Below the pieces are notes generated by a model, which made no database searches, was not told the origin of the DNA, and saw only the letters and a program-made list of their open reading frames with translations. Shown here piece by piece: positions 12,791-25,246 of a stretch of 64,000 nt of DNA. Location: positions 15,556,950 through 15,620,949 of the forward strand of contig NC_134029.1 in NCBI RefSeq assembly GCF_964204645.1, written 5' to 3'. Made by a program: the position numbers and the translations under genes. Positions within the stretch are counted from its first letter, which is position 1. Every line of letters starts with the position of its first letter. This DNA is from Tubulanus polymorphus. Taxonomy: Eukaryota; Animalia; Nemertea.

Positions 12791-13705
12791 CTCAAACTGA
12801 AAATAAATTCAAAGAAACGACTGGTGGAAATACTATTTCATAAACACATATATTTTATTCTACAATCATTATCGATTTCCACATTCCAAGCCGCTCGGCA
12901 GCCGAGCGGTAAGGTATGCGCGGAATGCAGGAATCAATAAAGTATAATACAACATCTGTCACTGTGTGTCATTAACAACAGCTTAATGATGCAATTGAAA
13001 TTCCGGCAAACGTAATGCATTGAAAGCCTATACAGTAAGGCTAAACTGCTACAATCTCATGAGTTGAAATATCCATAATTTCTGATTCCACATCCATCCA
13101 TCTTCACTTTCTTGGTTCAAATGGCAATGGTCTTCTTGTTACGCGTAGCATTTTGCTATCTAAAAGATAAATATCTAGCGTAGAATAAAACTAACTTGAA
13201 GTTGTAGTTTTCAAATAAGATTAATACACTTAAACAAGTTTAACGTTTCTCGGCGTCTTAATAACAACAAAAACAGTACTTACATTTATAACTATAAACT
13301 CCTAATTGTGTTTCTAGTGAGAAATCCTAAGCGTTCTATATTCCACCTTTTCAGTTCGACTGTTGTAATGTGTTTGCGCTCAATACACCCAGGCACTGTC
13401 TGTCTAAGCAACAGATGTTCCTTTGTAATGTAATTGATTAATCCTTTTCAACTGAAATAGCACATTCGATCAATATTCAAATGAGGTGCGTCGCATTCAA
13501 CTGAATATAAAATGCGGCACAGATGTTTTTGTAAACAACCTAATACAATTACATATAGGCGGTTTGACATAGATCGAGAGTAACCGGTTTTCTGAGCGTT
13601 TAAGCTTCAACATATTTTTCATTATATGTTGAATTCCATAATTCAACAAATGTCTTTGCTTTATCCAGTTGATCTAAATATAATTTCATATCTAGTTTGT
13701 TTGTT

Positions 13706-13948
13706 TTATTTAGATATCGGCAACACATGATCAATATGGTAATAATCCCCATAATTATCTATGTTCATTTTATCGTCGAATTGAAATATAATCCATGATT
13801 TTAAGAATTCATCTGTACAACCCAACAAATTAGATAGTGTTTCTGAATGTGTTTCTTTGTTGAATAATTGTGTTAATCTAGATCTTAAACATTGTTTTAA
13901 TCTAAAATTAAGATCTGTTTGATATCTTTCTCTCATATATTCTGTCAA
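13706..13948 (-). pseudogene. HNH-type endonuclease fragment of a family common in large DNA viruses
   Basis: DLNFRLKQCLRSRL..LLGC..EFLK..FQF..M..DNYG..HIDHVLP; adjacent 13950-14220 resembles Polinton non-coding DNA at 50640-50760. Confidence 0.7.
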
Positions 13949-14735
13949 ATAATCATTGTAAGCCCTTTTTTTAAATAAATATTATTTATACAATTTTCAA
14001 CCAATTTATTTTTATTTTTTCAACTAATATATGAATAAGTTTGAAAATAATAACGGTTATTTATTATTACTGAGGTTTCAATATAAATTTAAAAAAATAT
14101 ATAATTTAAGGTATTTTCAAATAATATGTATTAGATATGTATTAGATATGTATTAGATACCTTAATACTTAAAACCCCCTTTTTTTATTTACTATTATTT
14201 TATACAATTTTCAACCTCTATTACTTTTTGAGTGTTAGATAATTACTTTCTGAATCACTTTCATCATCACTCTCCAATTCATCATCAAACCCTAACAATT
14301 TATTCAAATGCTCTACCGTATCTTCATCATTAGTTGTTTTTATTGTTATGCTTATTCATCCAATCAAATTTATCATTATTTTCTACTTTATGTTTCATAG
14401 AATCTTTATTATCAATATGCTTATTAGGGTTTTCTGTTTCTTCACAGAAAACCCTATTGAAATTCGCGTGATTATTATTATTTTTTTTTCCCTTTTCCAC
14501 ATAGTTTTTGTTAAAAGTGTAAAGGCTTCCTTACCTTACCGCTGTCGCCGATACAATCCGTATGATGTCCTTCAGCTCACTTCAATCTCCAGATACTGCA
14601 TGGGAATTTTGATAAATCCACGTTATAAAGGCACTGTCGAGCCGTAAACATCAGAAATTTGGCTCCATTCAATTAGTAGCCATGTTGTGTTTTCTTACCG
14701 ATATTTCTCTCTTCTTTTCGAGGAAGAGCTATCGA

Positions 14736-16003
14736 ATAATTCCCTCTCTTCTCCACAATCAATTTCAAAGTCAATTTCATGAATTTATTGCTCAGCGGGT
14801 CCGAGTCCAAGAGTTTACGAGTCCGGCGTTCGCGTGTCTGACAGGTTTACGGGCATTTTTTTGTTACCTCTTTAATATTTTTGATTTCTTGTTATTCCGG
14901 TTATTTCATTTAAGTATATTGCTGATCAGTTCATGTAACCAAAAGCGTCAATAAACAGACTTTGAATTGATCAGATTTAAATCAAGGTCGTTGAGTCGCG
15001 GAAGGCTACTAGAATTACGTTCGTCTTCGTCTCAGAAAGAAAACAAACGACAGAAAAGTATCAGGTGATTATCGATAGCCTACAACGGTACACACAGTTG
15101 ACAAACAGTGTTAGGCCTGTGCCGGTTGGTGCGTACTGGGACTAAATATACTGGTTGGTCAGTTAGTTCGGTTGTGAAGTGTGGAAGCTAAGATTATAAG
15201 AAAGCCTACCGGTATTTATATGTCTATAGGCCTATTATATAGAAGCCAATACCATTTTAAGTACGTAGTTGTTAACCGCACGTGACTGTACGGTGATCTC
15301 CACAGGTTAACCGCGTACGTGAGGTCCCTACTAAGTATATAATGCCATACGTGAGTTCCTAGTAGCCAATACCATTTTAAGTACGAAATTGTTACGCGTA
15401 CGTGACTGTACGGTGATATCCACAGGTTACCCGTACGTGAGTTCCCTACTTACGCCGTACGTGAGTTCCTATAATCTGCAAACGCGCATGCGTAAAAGAA
15501 TAGAGTTTGGGTTAGGTGAGGCTAGGCTATTTGTAAATCAAATTTCATCCACCCACCAGTTACGTTCTGTGGCACAAGGGGTAAATCACTGGACTACTAC
15601 TGGATTTTTTTTTCGTTTGGTTTCGAATCCCAATATTGCAAGTCTGAGCGTCAACGTACTCACATATGGCTAACCTGTAGAAATCACCGTACAGTCACGT
15701 ACAGGTAACAACAGCGTTTTAAGTATTAAGTGAGTACGACGAGCCTACCATGCCTATGTACTACAAACACAACTTTTTCCCTCTCATCGGCCCTACAGTG
15801 ATGTTACTATAACTGGTGCCATTATAATATGGTTAGGATTTGGTCAGGACTAGCCTAAAGTATAATTCAGTCTATGTACTAATTCACTCCATAGGCCTAT
15901 TTTTAAAACAATACAGTGAAATATTCACACGCAGAAAGGCTAATTGATTTGAGCCATGTGATTTAGTTTGGCCAGGCCTTCTCTGACCTGCTGACATTAA
16001 TAG
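14736..16003. repeat. Copy 2 (inverted) of the repeat at 1-1178; probably extends further on both sides
   Basis: Reverse-complement match to 1-1178; has an internal ~120-bp tandem duplication (agccaataccattttaagtacg at about 15244 and 15365). Confidence 0.9.
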
Positions 16004-16760
16004 TCAAACCAAAACGTTCATGTGGTCACGGCTTGTATTACCAGAAATAATTGTAGGCCTGTACATTTTGCTGTTCGTAGGTTTGGTATACCGATTTCTC
16101 CATTCTTGACTGATAAGTGTACGGTACAGCTGTACGCATTATATAATTGTTCCAATGGGAATAGGGCCTATTGATTGGGCTTATTATTTCCTGCTTTAGA
16201 GTACTGAAATAAACCTAATGTTCATTCAAATATCCAACATCGGTGAAAGTTTGATTAATACTGTATACATGTACTGTAGGTTTTCATGTTGTATGAATAT
16301 TTTGCAGTTCAAATGGGTATGATGCTGATTCCAATGTCAAACGCATGAAGTTAGATGGTCAAGGACAGTCAACACCAAGATATCTCTCTTCGACTGATGT
16401 TGTACCATAGAAGATCTGATTCTTTCAACTCAAGGAAAGTGATTCAACACAATCGACATAACACTGGAATAGGTTTGCAGTAACTAACCGTTCATTTCAT
16501 TTAGTCCTATGTACTTTTTAGCCAATTTGGATTTGATTGTTATTGAAACTCTGGAACTGTTAACAAAAGACAAGTAAGACAAGTTGAAAAAACACAAGTT
16601 ATGCTTGATTCTCATGTTCAAATTTAATTCAAATTTATTTTATTACATCATATTTACAAAGCATATCATTGGTTCATACAGTAATAAAAATTAGGGCAGA
16701 ACAAATATTATTACAGAAACTCCAAAAAGGCAATGAATTTCTATGACTAAATGAACATTA

Positions 16761-17322
16761 TTTTTAGCCCACTTGGGACATTAGTCCCAGCGGGCTATTG
16801 CGTTCACTTTTCGTCCGTCGTCCGTCCGTAGACGGAAATCAGTTATTTTAGGAAGTTTTGAAGACGCTTCAATGTAATGTCTTGATATCTGGGTTTCACA
16901 TGTATCTACCCTAGACACATCTTCAGCTCAAAAACTGGCCCTGTCAGAATCAAGATGGCCGACTGGCAGCCATTGTTGTTCGCCAAAATCAACACTTTTT
17001 ACACATTTTTGAACTTTTTGAGGGAAATTTTGAAGATGCTTTGATCAATTACCTTGATCTTTCGGATATATGTGAATGCCCCTGGGCCCATCAGCATAAC
17101 AAAAATTGGGATACGGACTCAAGATGGCCGTCCTATGACCTTTTTTAGTGCCCAAAAATGTCAATTTTGGCCCGAATTCTGAGTTTGCCATTTCTCATTG
17201 CAATTTGTGATGGGTATTCTTTGAAAAGGGATGTTTTATACCTTTGATACCTGAATTGGTAGATTGTTGAGCATTTGGAACCACTTCCCAAGTGGGCATG
17301 GTGTCCCTGGACCCCTAGTTTT
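16761..17322 (+). mobile_element. Helentron-associated non-autonomous element (HINE/DINE-like)
   Basis: TTTTTAGC start; subTIR cccacttggga / tcccaagtggg; (gtcc)n microsatellite; 3' hairpin followed by ctagtttt. Confidence 0.75.
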
Positions 17323-17929
17323 AACAACTCAGATCAAGAGTGACTCTCCCGTTTATTAGGAAACACACGCAACTAGTGGAATAGGTTTGATTTACACACA
17401 TGTTGCAGGTATCAATTGTTTATCACTGTAGAATTTGTAATCCATAAAAGCCAAAATCAACATCAGCCGGAAACCCAGACCAAATCAATACATAATTTAT
17501 TGATTGAATCTACACTACGATATATGTATTTATTCAAATATTTCAATAAAAACATTAACTTCTTAAATCTAATCTATTCTAAATCATAATACGTTCTTAT
17601 CTGTGAATTCACTCAATCTATCGGCTCAGCAGGTGCTTAAGATGAGTTCTTAATAGGACAGATCCATTTTTAAGGATGGTGATAATACAGTATCATGATG
17701 TTTGAATGCCAAAATAAGTGCCTGGTCAAATATATTAATATTTGTGATTGTACGTCCACGTATGTTCGGTTTCAAAGCTGAATCATATTTGACGTTGACA
17801 CAGTGGTTGCATATTAGGTTCGAATCTGTCAATGCATTTTATTCTATGTATCGATATTTCAATTTACTACAATTCCCATCATTCTGAATGGCTTTACAGA
17901 AAACCCGTCATCGCTGCTTTGCAGCTATA

Positions 17930-18553
17930 TTATGTAACTATATTTTCATTATCATATTTCTTAGTGTTTGCTCCTAATATTTCATTTACAATGTTTGATC
18001 CTAATATTTCATAAGCATCGGTTAAATCTAATTCATCTTTATTAGGTGTTGCTAATAATAAATCTTCATATAATTCTTTACCATTTACTTTTTTATTTGA
18101 AACAAAGTTTGTAACATATATAAATGGGTGTTCTATAAATTCTCTTAAACCAACGCGTTCTCTAACATTAGTAATATGTATCTTTGTATTCATATGTTTA
18201 TTCCAATTTGATGGAGCGTTTGAAAATTCGCCTTTACAATAATCACAATAATTTCTATTTTCACTAATATTTAATATTATTTCATTATTAGATGTAGAAG
18301 GTATTGCATTATTAGATGTAGAAGGTATTACATTATTAGATGTAGAAGGTATTACATTATTATCAATTACATTACTTAAATTATCAACAACACCACTTTT
18401 ATTATTATCGATTTCTATTAGTTTAGTTTTATAAATTTTGAAAATAGGATCAAATATCAAAGCTATATTACAAGGTACTACATAATATAAACCATCATTA
18501 TTTTCATGTGTATCGATGTATGGCATATGTTTATATACTTTACCTCCTTCCAT
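17930..18553 (-). CDS. Polinton accessory ORF with a C2H2 zinc finger and 3x NN(V/A)IPSTS repeats
   Basis: YCDYCK..WNKHMNTKIH; 24-bp tandem repeat at about 18283-18360; TAAATG start. Confidence 0.55.
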   Translation of the reverse strand: MEGGKVYKHMPYIDTHENNDGLYYVVPCNIALIFDPIFKIYKTKLIEIDNNKSGVVDNLSNVIDNNVIPSTSNNVIPSTSNNAIPSTSNNEIILNISENRNYCDYCKGEFSNAPSNWNKHMNTKIHITNVRERVGLREFIEHPFIYVTNFVSNKKVNGKELYEDLLLATPNKDELDLTDAYEILGSNIVNEILGANTKKYDNENIVT

Positions 18554-18585
18554 TTATTATATAAATTTTTATTAAAGTTAAAATT

Positions 18586-19815
18586 CTAATACATAACACT
18601 ATTTAATTGAGAATTTACAATATTTAATTGCGCGTCAGATATAACATAAATGTGAAATTGTTGATTCTTTTATTCTTTGTCATGAATAATTGTATTCCAT
18701 CTTTAGTGTTCTGTAGTTTTTTTCCAGAACCATGTAATGGATTATCCTCTGTTGTTCTAAAATCTAACCATCATGCATATTTATTACCGGTATAATAATC
18801 AATTTGATTAATATTACAATTTTCAGATGATTTTACTTTTTCATTCATAAAATGTTTTCTAATTTCTGGCCATTGATCAATCATTCTCATTCCTTGACAA
18901 AATATTGTATTTGCTATTCCTTCGATAGTTATTTCTACTTTTGTTATTTTAGGATTATAATAATTATCAACATTTATTGCACCATTAGTATATGTTGCAA
19001 TGGTAAAAAATATTAATATACCTTTAATAGATCTTCTTGGGAAGTTAATATTCTCATTAATTATTTCATCATTTGCATTAATAGTTACAGTTTTAAATTT
19101 ATCAATATAATCATATAATAATGAAAATCCTTGATTGTATTGAGTTTGAATTGTGTTAGCAATATTTTCATCAGTTACTGTATCATATTCTAAACATATA
19201 TTCGATAATTTATAACCCCTATCTTTATTAACGCTAGATATTACAATTTCATTTACAGGAGCAAATGTTATCTCAAATATAACGTCTTCTTGAATTGCGT
19301 ATTTATATAAAGGCGCATTATTATTTATCAATTCAAAGTCTAATGGAATTTTATATTTGCTTCCATATATTCTTTTTTACTAATTTATCTATAGCATTAG
19401 TTAATATTGCATTATGTGCTTCTGATCTTAATTTATTTTGGTTTTCTGATTGGATTCCTTGAAATATCATATTATTTCTTTATATTAAATCTTTATAATG
19501 CATAAATAAATTATAATCATCTAATGAGAAAACTGTTTCTGGACCGATCTTTATTGTTAATTTTTTAATCAAATATCGTCCAACATTATCAACAACGTAA
19601 TTATTATTATTACCGATTACTTTTATATCAGCTGATAAATAAATACTATTTGGAACATAAAAAGTATTTTGTGTTAATCGAGGAATTCTAACATATAAAG
19701 TTTCATCGGGATTAATATTAGAAGGGTTATGAGTAATTATATGATGTGATCTTTCTGCTTTAATAGCATTAGATATTCTATGATTCTTAGAAGGATTGAT
19801 ATAACTCCCACTCAT
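18586..19815 (-). pseudogene. Major capsid protein, frameshifted
   Basis: ITHNPSNINPDETLYVRIP..LSNICLEYD..PRRSIKGILIFF..YALWLDFRT; highly similar to 62580-63860. Confidence 0.8.
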
Positions 19816-19834
19816 TTATTTAACAAAAAATTAA

Positions 19835-21265
19835 TTATTTATTTTTTATCATGTTTACTAACCCAAAAATAATTGCACTTACAACTGTAATTAAAAATAA
19901 AATAATATGTTCAGCAGCAAAGTTAAGAATATTCCCAGCAGATTTCAATATAAAACCAACAATCGATGCAATAACTCCGGGTAATGCTGCAGCAGATTTT
20001 TTAGATAGTTCCCATAAATATTTTGCTAATTTCTTTAAACCATCTTTAACTTTATCTTGTATAGAATTATTATTATCTGGTGGTTTATCCGGTTTATTGG
20101 GAGTAGGAGTAGATTTCAAAGAATTTGATATTGCCAAACCAATTGTTGTAAATAACATAGTTACAGCTGTTAGAATTGAAAGAATTGTTATTCCTTCTAA
20201 TTTGAATAATAATTTTATTCTATCTTACAACGATATTTCAGAATTTGGTTTTATCAACAAATCTTTAAAAATAACTTTTAATCTATTAATATTATAATCA
20301 TATGATTTTAATAATAATTTAATTTCTTCTTTTTGTAATTCTATGTTATATTCTAAATCATCTTTTTCTTTTTCTAAATACGCATTTCTTTTTTTAAATT
20401 CAATTTCTTCAATAACTTTATTATCTCTATCTAATTTTAGTTGTTCTATTTCTTTAATTTTATCAGTTCTATCTTTTTCCAAAGTTCTAATTTTAAAATC
20501 TCTTATACTTTTATCATGCGCAATTTCATCAGCTTCATTTCTTATACTAACAATTTCTCTTATTGCTTTATCAGAAAATATATCTAAATCGTCTAATTCT
20601 TGATCTGTTGCATCAAGTAATCCATTTGGTAAAAGTTTTTCAATTGGAACTTTATTTGATTTAAGTTTACCAGAAGTTGTTTCTGTTTCTAAATTATTAT
20701 CGATTGTTTCAAATAATTTTTCAATTCTTTGTTTGAATACTTTTCTATTTTTATTTATTTCTTCTTGTGTTACATCTTCTATTTCATTACTATTTCTTAT
20801 TCTTTTAATTCTATCTGGTTCTAATTTTCCCAAAGTTGATTCCGCTAATATTTTATCTTGATTTTTATAAGAGATATCAATATAATAATCATCTTTCAAA
20901 CGATAATAATATTCACCATCTAAATATTTTAATTCTTGTACTAAATATCTAGCGCCTCTATCATTGATATTATATCCAGAATTTTCAAATACATGTTTGA
21001 AATCATAAATATATTCATTATATTCTAAATTTTGCTTTAATAAACCTTGATTTTCATTTTCAGGATTTATTCTCGATCTAGTTCTTCTATCAAGTTCATC
21101 TGTTGATGGGCCTTTAGAACCTCTATCTGCTAAATTAGAATTATATGATGATGAATCATCATTATCAATATTAATATCAGCAGACACATAATCATCATTG
21201 TTAGTATTGACATCATTATTATTTCCCATTTCTTCCATTTCATAATCTTCTCCACCTTCTTCCAT
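19835..21265 (-). pseudogene. Large coiled-coil protein with C-terminal hydrophobic helices; premature stop at 20225
   Basis: ORFs 20225-21265 and 19835-20158 are in the same frame; C-terminus is homologous to 63880-64000. Confidence 0.6.
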
Positions 21266-21281
21266 TTACATAATAAAAAAA

Positions 21282-21518
21282 TTAAAATTTGAAATATAAT
21301 ATTCCTCCGATTACAATTCCTATAAAAGTTAAAGCTAATTTAGCATTTTCATGGGATTTATTATCATTATCAGTTTTAATTATATCATGTTGAATATTAT
21401 CAGTTTTTATATCTTCTGATGTATTGTAATCTTTTATTTTAGAATCATTATTTAATTTAATATTATTAGTTTTAGTTTCTGTTGATTGAATATGTTTTTT
21501 ATTTTTATCGCCTTCCAT
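21282..21518 (-). CDS. Small Polinton protein with a C-terminal transmembrane helix
   Basis: TAAATG start; LALTFIGIVIGGILYF. Confidence 0.5.
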   Translation of the reverse strand: MEGDKNKKHIQSTETKTNNIKLNNDSKIKDYNTSEDIKTDNIQHDIIKTDNDNKSHENAKLALTFIGIVIGGILYFKF

Positions 21519-22575
21519 TTAATTTTGGAGCAGTAATAATCTTTTTATTTAAATCATTTAATCCAAATGAATTATTTATTGTTGCAGTTTTAATTAGATT
21601 ATTATAACCAATTATATTTCCCATCTTTAATACTAAATCATTAGAAATAATTAATAGATCAGGGCCTATACAATAATTTAGTCTAATATGTGATTTATCT
21701 AAATAATTTTGATATCTTACAATGTTTTCTGGAATCGATCTATTTTTATCATTATGAATGGAATCTTCAAATAATACTTTGAATTGTTTCTGCGCATCAA
21801 ATGAAGTGTTATCATTTCCAACTATTGGTGATCTTGTTTCAACTTGCGCACCTAGAATACATATCAAATAAGTTCTAATAGATTGATTTATTCTTTGTAT
21901 ACCTGATTTTGTAAAACCTTCACCATTTTCTAAAATGAAATAAACCCAACCATTATTATTATCAATGTTATAATTATGATAAGCTGAAATTCTATGCATA
22001 TAATCAATTTCATACTCTTCACCAACACCTTGCAATTTACCATGCGCTCTAAAATCGGAATTAATATTTATGTTAAATTCATTACATATCTTATAAAACT
22101 TAGATAGATTAATATTATTATCCAATTCTTTAAAATATTTAGATCTGGGTAAAGGACATTCTAATTCATTTAATATCATTCTGATTTGAAAATATGCGTG
22201 AAATCTAAATATTGTGTGAATTAATTTTAAATCAGAATAATTCAAATTTTTATCTAAGTTATTTAAATGATCATTCCAGCTTATACCACAACCAGTTGTT
22301 GCACAATAAACAGCAAAATTTAATTGATTCTGCCAATATTTCATATTAGATTTTACTTTATATATATGATATTCATCTCGAGTAAAAGTAACTTCATATG
22401 TATTAAATATATTTTCCATTTTAGAAATAAAAAACTGTGATTCAGTAACATAAATTTCTAAATTAGTTAATGAATTTAAAACTACATTTTTATATGTAAT
22501 ATTTTTGTTAAAACCTATTGCAGGAATATTATATTCAATTGATTTATTATATTGGAAAGCTTTTGGAAACCCCAT
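21505..22575 (-). CDS. Polinton protein of unknown function (356 aa)
   Basis: Intact ORF, TAAATG start; WQNQLNFAVYCATTGCGIS and FHAYFQIR motifs. Confidence 0.7.
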   Translation of the reverse strand: MGFPKAFQYNKSIEYNIPAIGFNKNITYKNVVLNSLTNLEIYVTESQFFISKMENIFNTYEVTFTRDEYHIYKVKSNMKYWQNQLNFAVYCATTGCGISWNDHLNNLDKNLNYSDLKLIHTIFRFHAYFQIRMILNELECPLPRSKYFKELDNNINLSKFYKICNEFNININSDFRAHGKLQGVGEEYEIDYMHRISAYHNYNIDNNNGWVYFILENGEGFTKSGIQRINQSIRTYLICILGAQVETRSPIVGNDNTSFDAQKQFKVLFEDSIHNDKNRSIPENIVRYQNYLDKSHIRLNYCIGPDLLIISNDLVLKMGNIIGYNNLIKTATINNSFGLNDLNKKIITAPKLNGRR

Positions 22576-22589
22576 TTATATAATTAAAA

Positions 22590-23027
22590 AATTAATAATT
22601 AACTAATTCTTTTAATAATTTATCTTGTTCTTCAACTGTTATATGACCATTTAAACTTATTATATAATCTAGTGTATTTTCAATTTATTAATCTCTTTTA
22701 TATTAGTTTTAATTTTTTCTTTATTACTTTTTATATTTAATTTTGAACTTATACCAGTTAAAACACTTGAACTTAATCCTAACACACCAATTGATATAGC
22801 TAAAGGTGTAAATGGTGAAAATATTGCTAGAAATGTTATTACAGAACTAATTGTAACCGAACCACTAATAATAAGATAATATATAATTTTAGATTTTAGA
22901 TATTTTTTCTTTTTTATCTTCAAATTCAAATTTAGTCACTTTCAAATTCTAATATTTGTTTTTGTAAATATATTTTTAATTTAGTTTTATTTATATCATG
23001 AGGAATAATATCAATATTATCATCCAT
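22590..23027 (-). pseudogene. Small two-TM Polinton protein, frameshifted
   Basis: TAAATG start at 23027; hydrophobic stretch in ORF 22669-22929. Confidence 0.5.
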
Positions 23028-23044
23028 TTATTTAGCAAAAAAAT

Positions 23045-23480
23045 TACTAACTAGTAAATCTATACGCTACAAATATAACAATAACTGTTCCACCTAAAAT
23101 CCATATTATTTCATATTTCTGTTGTTCTTTACTTGGCTTTACTTGGGGCATAATAATCTGATAATTTAGGTTTGTATAGATGTAATTTTTCTTTATTGGT
23201 TACCGCGTTATATAAACTCATTGCATCTTCAACTGATTGAAAATCTCTGTGTGAAATTTTCTGATCATATAATTCCTTGTTAACATAATCCATATAGTTT
23301 TGTCTCTTTTCTCCATATTCTTCTGCTGCTTTATTATATTTTTTCTAATGCTAAGTTATGTCTTTTTTGTTCTGTTAATGATCCATTTTTATCAATATGT
23401 TTAAATAAATATCCACCACCAGTAAATGCTAAAGCGTTAACAATTGCCGATCCCATAATAGTTATAACTGCAGAAGCCAT
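23045..23480 (-). pseudogene. Small Polinton protein (MASAVITIMGSAIVNALAFTGGGYLF..EQKRHNLALEK), frameshifted
   Basis: Manual translation from TAAATG at 23480; N- and C-terminal hydrophobic segments. Confidence 0.55.
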
Positions 23481-23504
23481 TTATTTAGTAAAATCATTAC
23501 GCAT

Positions 23505-23726
23505 TTATATGGGTGGAATATATTTTTGTTTTTCCAAATAATCAATAGTTAAATTAGATAAAGTAACTGCTAATGTAGATTTTAAAATATCATTTATATC
23601 AAATCTATCAACATTAACACTTCCCATTTTAAATACTTTTTTTAATACCATTGAATAACCAACAGTTCCAACTGATAGTAATGCTCCATTATATAATCCA
23701 GTTATTATCCACTTATTACCACTCAT
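23505..23726 (-). CDS. 73-aa Polinton membrane protein
   Basis: Intact ORF; its ATG directly follows the upstream TAA (TAAATG). Confidence 0.6.
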   Translation of the reverse strand: MSGNKWIITGLYNGALLSVGTVGYSMVLKKVFKMGSVNVDRFDINDILKSTLAVTLSNLTIDYLEKQKYIPPI

Positions 23727-24071
23727 TTATTTATCAAAAAAATTACAAAAATCATCAAAATATTTAGTTAACATATTTATGATTAATTCAACATTTATTT
23801 CATTATTCCTTTTATGATTATCATATATTTTGGTTAATATGTTTTTAATATCATCAATAATTCCATCTTCATTTAATTCATAATATTCTAAAGGCGTTTT
23901 AATTAAATCAATTACTTTTTCCATATTATAATTTTCTTTATTAATCATTGATGCATTGTTAAATGATTTACTTTTTATATCAGTCATTACATCATTTAGT
24001 TTAATTCTTATTTCTTTACCATGTTTAAAATCAAACCCAAAACATATACTCGGTCCAATAGTTATATTCAT
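23727..24071 (-). CDS. 114-aa Polinton hypothetical protein
   Basis: Intact ORF with TAAATG start. Confidence 0.55.
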   Translation of the reverse strand: MNITIGPSICFGFDFKHGKEIRIKLNDVMTDIKSKSFNNASMINKENYNMEKVIDLIKTPLEYYELNEDGIIDDIKNILTKIYDNHKRNNEINVELIINMLTKYFDDFCNFFDK

Positions 24072-24095
24072 TTATATAGTGAAAAAAATTACTCT

Positions 24096-24846
24096 TTACA
24101 TCTTATAAACTAATTCATAAATTACAGGAAAGTTATTCAAATCAATTAAATATCCATTATGATTTATGATTTCTAATCTAAAATTATTAAATTGAGGAAT
24201 GCATGGTTTGAAATCACATTCAGCTAAATTATAATTTATTTGCGTTCCAAATTCTTTAACATTCTTCAATGGTAAAATGTTTAATAAACCAGAATTACAA
24301 GTAATATCTTTAGTTGCTTCGAATGTTTTTGTAGGATCAATTAAATTGCAATAAATATAAAAGTGTGTAAAAGGTATTAAGTTTGGTGTAGCATCAGCAT
24401 TGCGCATCCTTACATCTGGGGTTATTCCTAAAATTTTAGCTAAAGGTTTTTTAACTAGAAATTGATGTTGATCTTCATTACCTAATTTTATTCTTATTTT
24501 ATCGGAGCTATCACTTTTAATCAGTCTTTATCCAAATCCAGCAGATGCACCCATTTTCAACCGAGCTCTTCTATTAATTTCCTGCGCTAATGTATCTAAA
24601 TTATATAATCCTGGTTTAAGATAAAGATGAAACCATTTACTTTTATTTCTATCATGAATTAAAAAGAAAATGTTCAATAGTTTTATCCGATACATTGTAA
24701 AAAGAATTACATAAACTTATATTTACTAATTTTAAATCAACACAATTTTTGAATTCTCTATCTAATTGTACCAGTAAATTATGTGATTTATAATTTGTAA
24801 GCATTCTTGAATCAACAAATATTCTGTATTCTTTTAATTCCGCCAT
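24096..24846 (-). pseudogene. Minor capsid protein (penton), frameshifted
   Basis: IFVDSR..NSFYNV..PGLYNL..FYIYCNLI..LLNILPL..LEIINHNGYLIDLN, a pattern typical of Polinton/virophage pentons. Confidence 0.72.
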
Positions 24847-24863
24847 TTATTTTACATATTTTC

Positions 24864-25217
24864 TTATTCGAAATCTATTTCATCGTGCCCTTTTTCATTC
24901 TTACCTTTGTATACGAAATAGAAATCACCAGAACATAATTCTTCTAGATCTTCACTTGATAATCTATGAAATCTATCCGGTAAATATGTTCTGAATTTAT
25001 ATGTATTTCCTTTTAATCCTTCATATTCTAAGTGTATAACTAATCTATCTCCATATTTGTTAGTAACTGTAACAATATCTGTACTTAGATATTTCTTATG
25101 GATTATTAATTCTTTTAACTTCTTAAATTTATAATCTACTGATTTGACATTTGAAGTATCTTTTATTCTATCTAAAAATAATTTGTTGTTCTCACTGTTT
25201 GCTTTTTTACTCTCCAT
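24864..25217 (-). CDS. 117-aa Polinton protein, possibly OB-fold/SSB-like
   Basis: Intact ORF next to pol; near-identical copy at 46272-46610. Confidence 0.6.
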   Translation of the reverse strand: MESKKANSENNKLFLDRIKDTSNVKSVDYKFKKLKELIIHKKYLSTDIVTVTNKYGDRLVIHLEYEGLKGNTYKFRTYLPDRFHRLSSEDLEELCSGDFYFVYKGKNEKGHDEIDFE

Positions 25218-25246
25218 TTATAATACATATTTTTATTAAAATTTGA

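Noticed and set aside
1-16003. 1.2-kb inverted repeats as TIRs of one 16-kb Polinton
   Set aside because: A host exon lies between them, no AGT...ACT terminus or TSD is visible, and element A has its own end at 5430
19851-20603. Plus-strand ORFs 19851-20297 and 20343-20603
   Set aside because: Antisense shadows of the minus-strand Polinton gene
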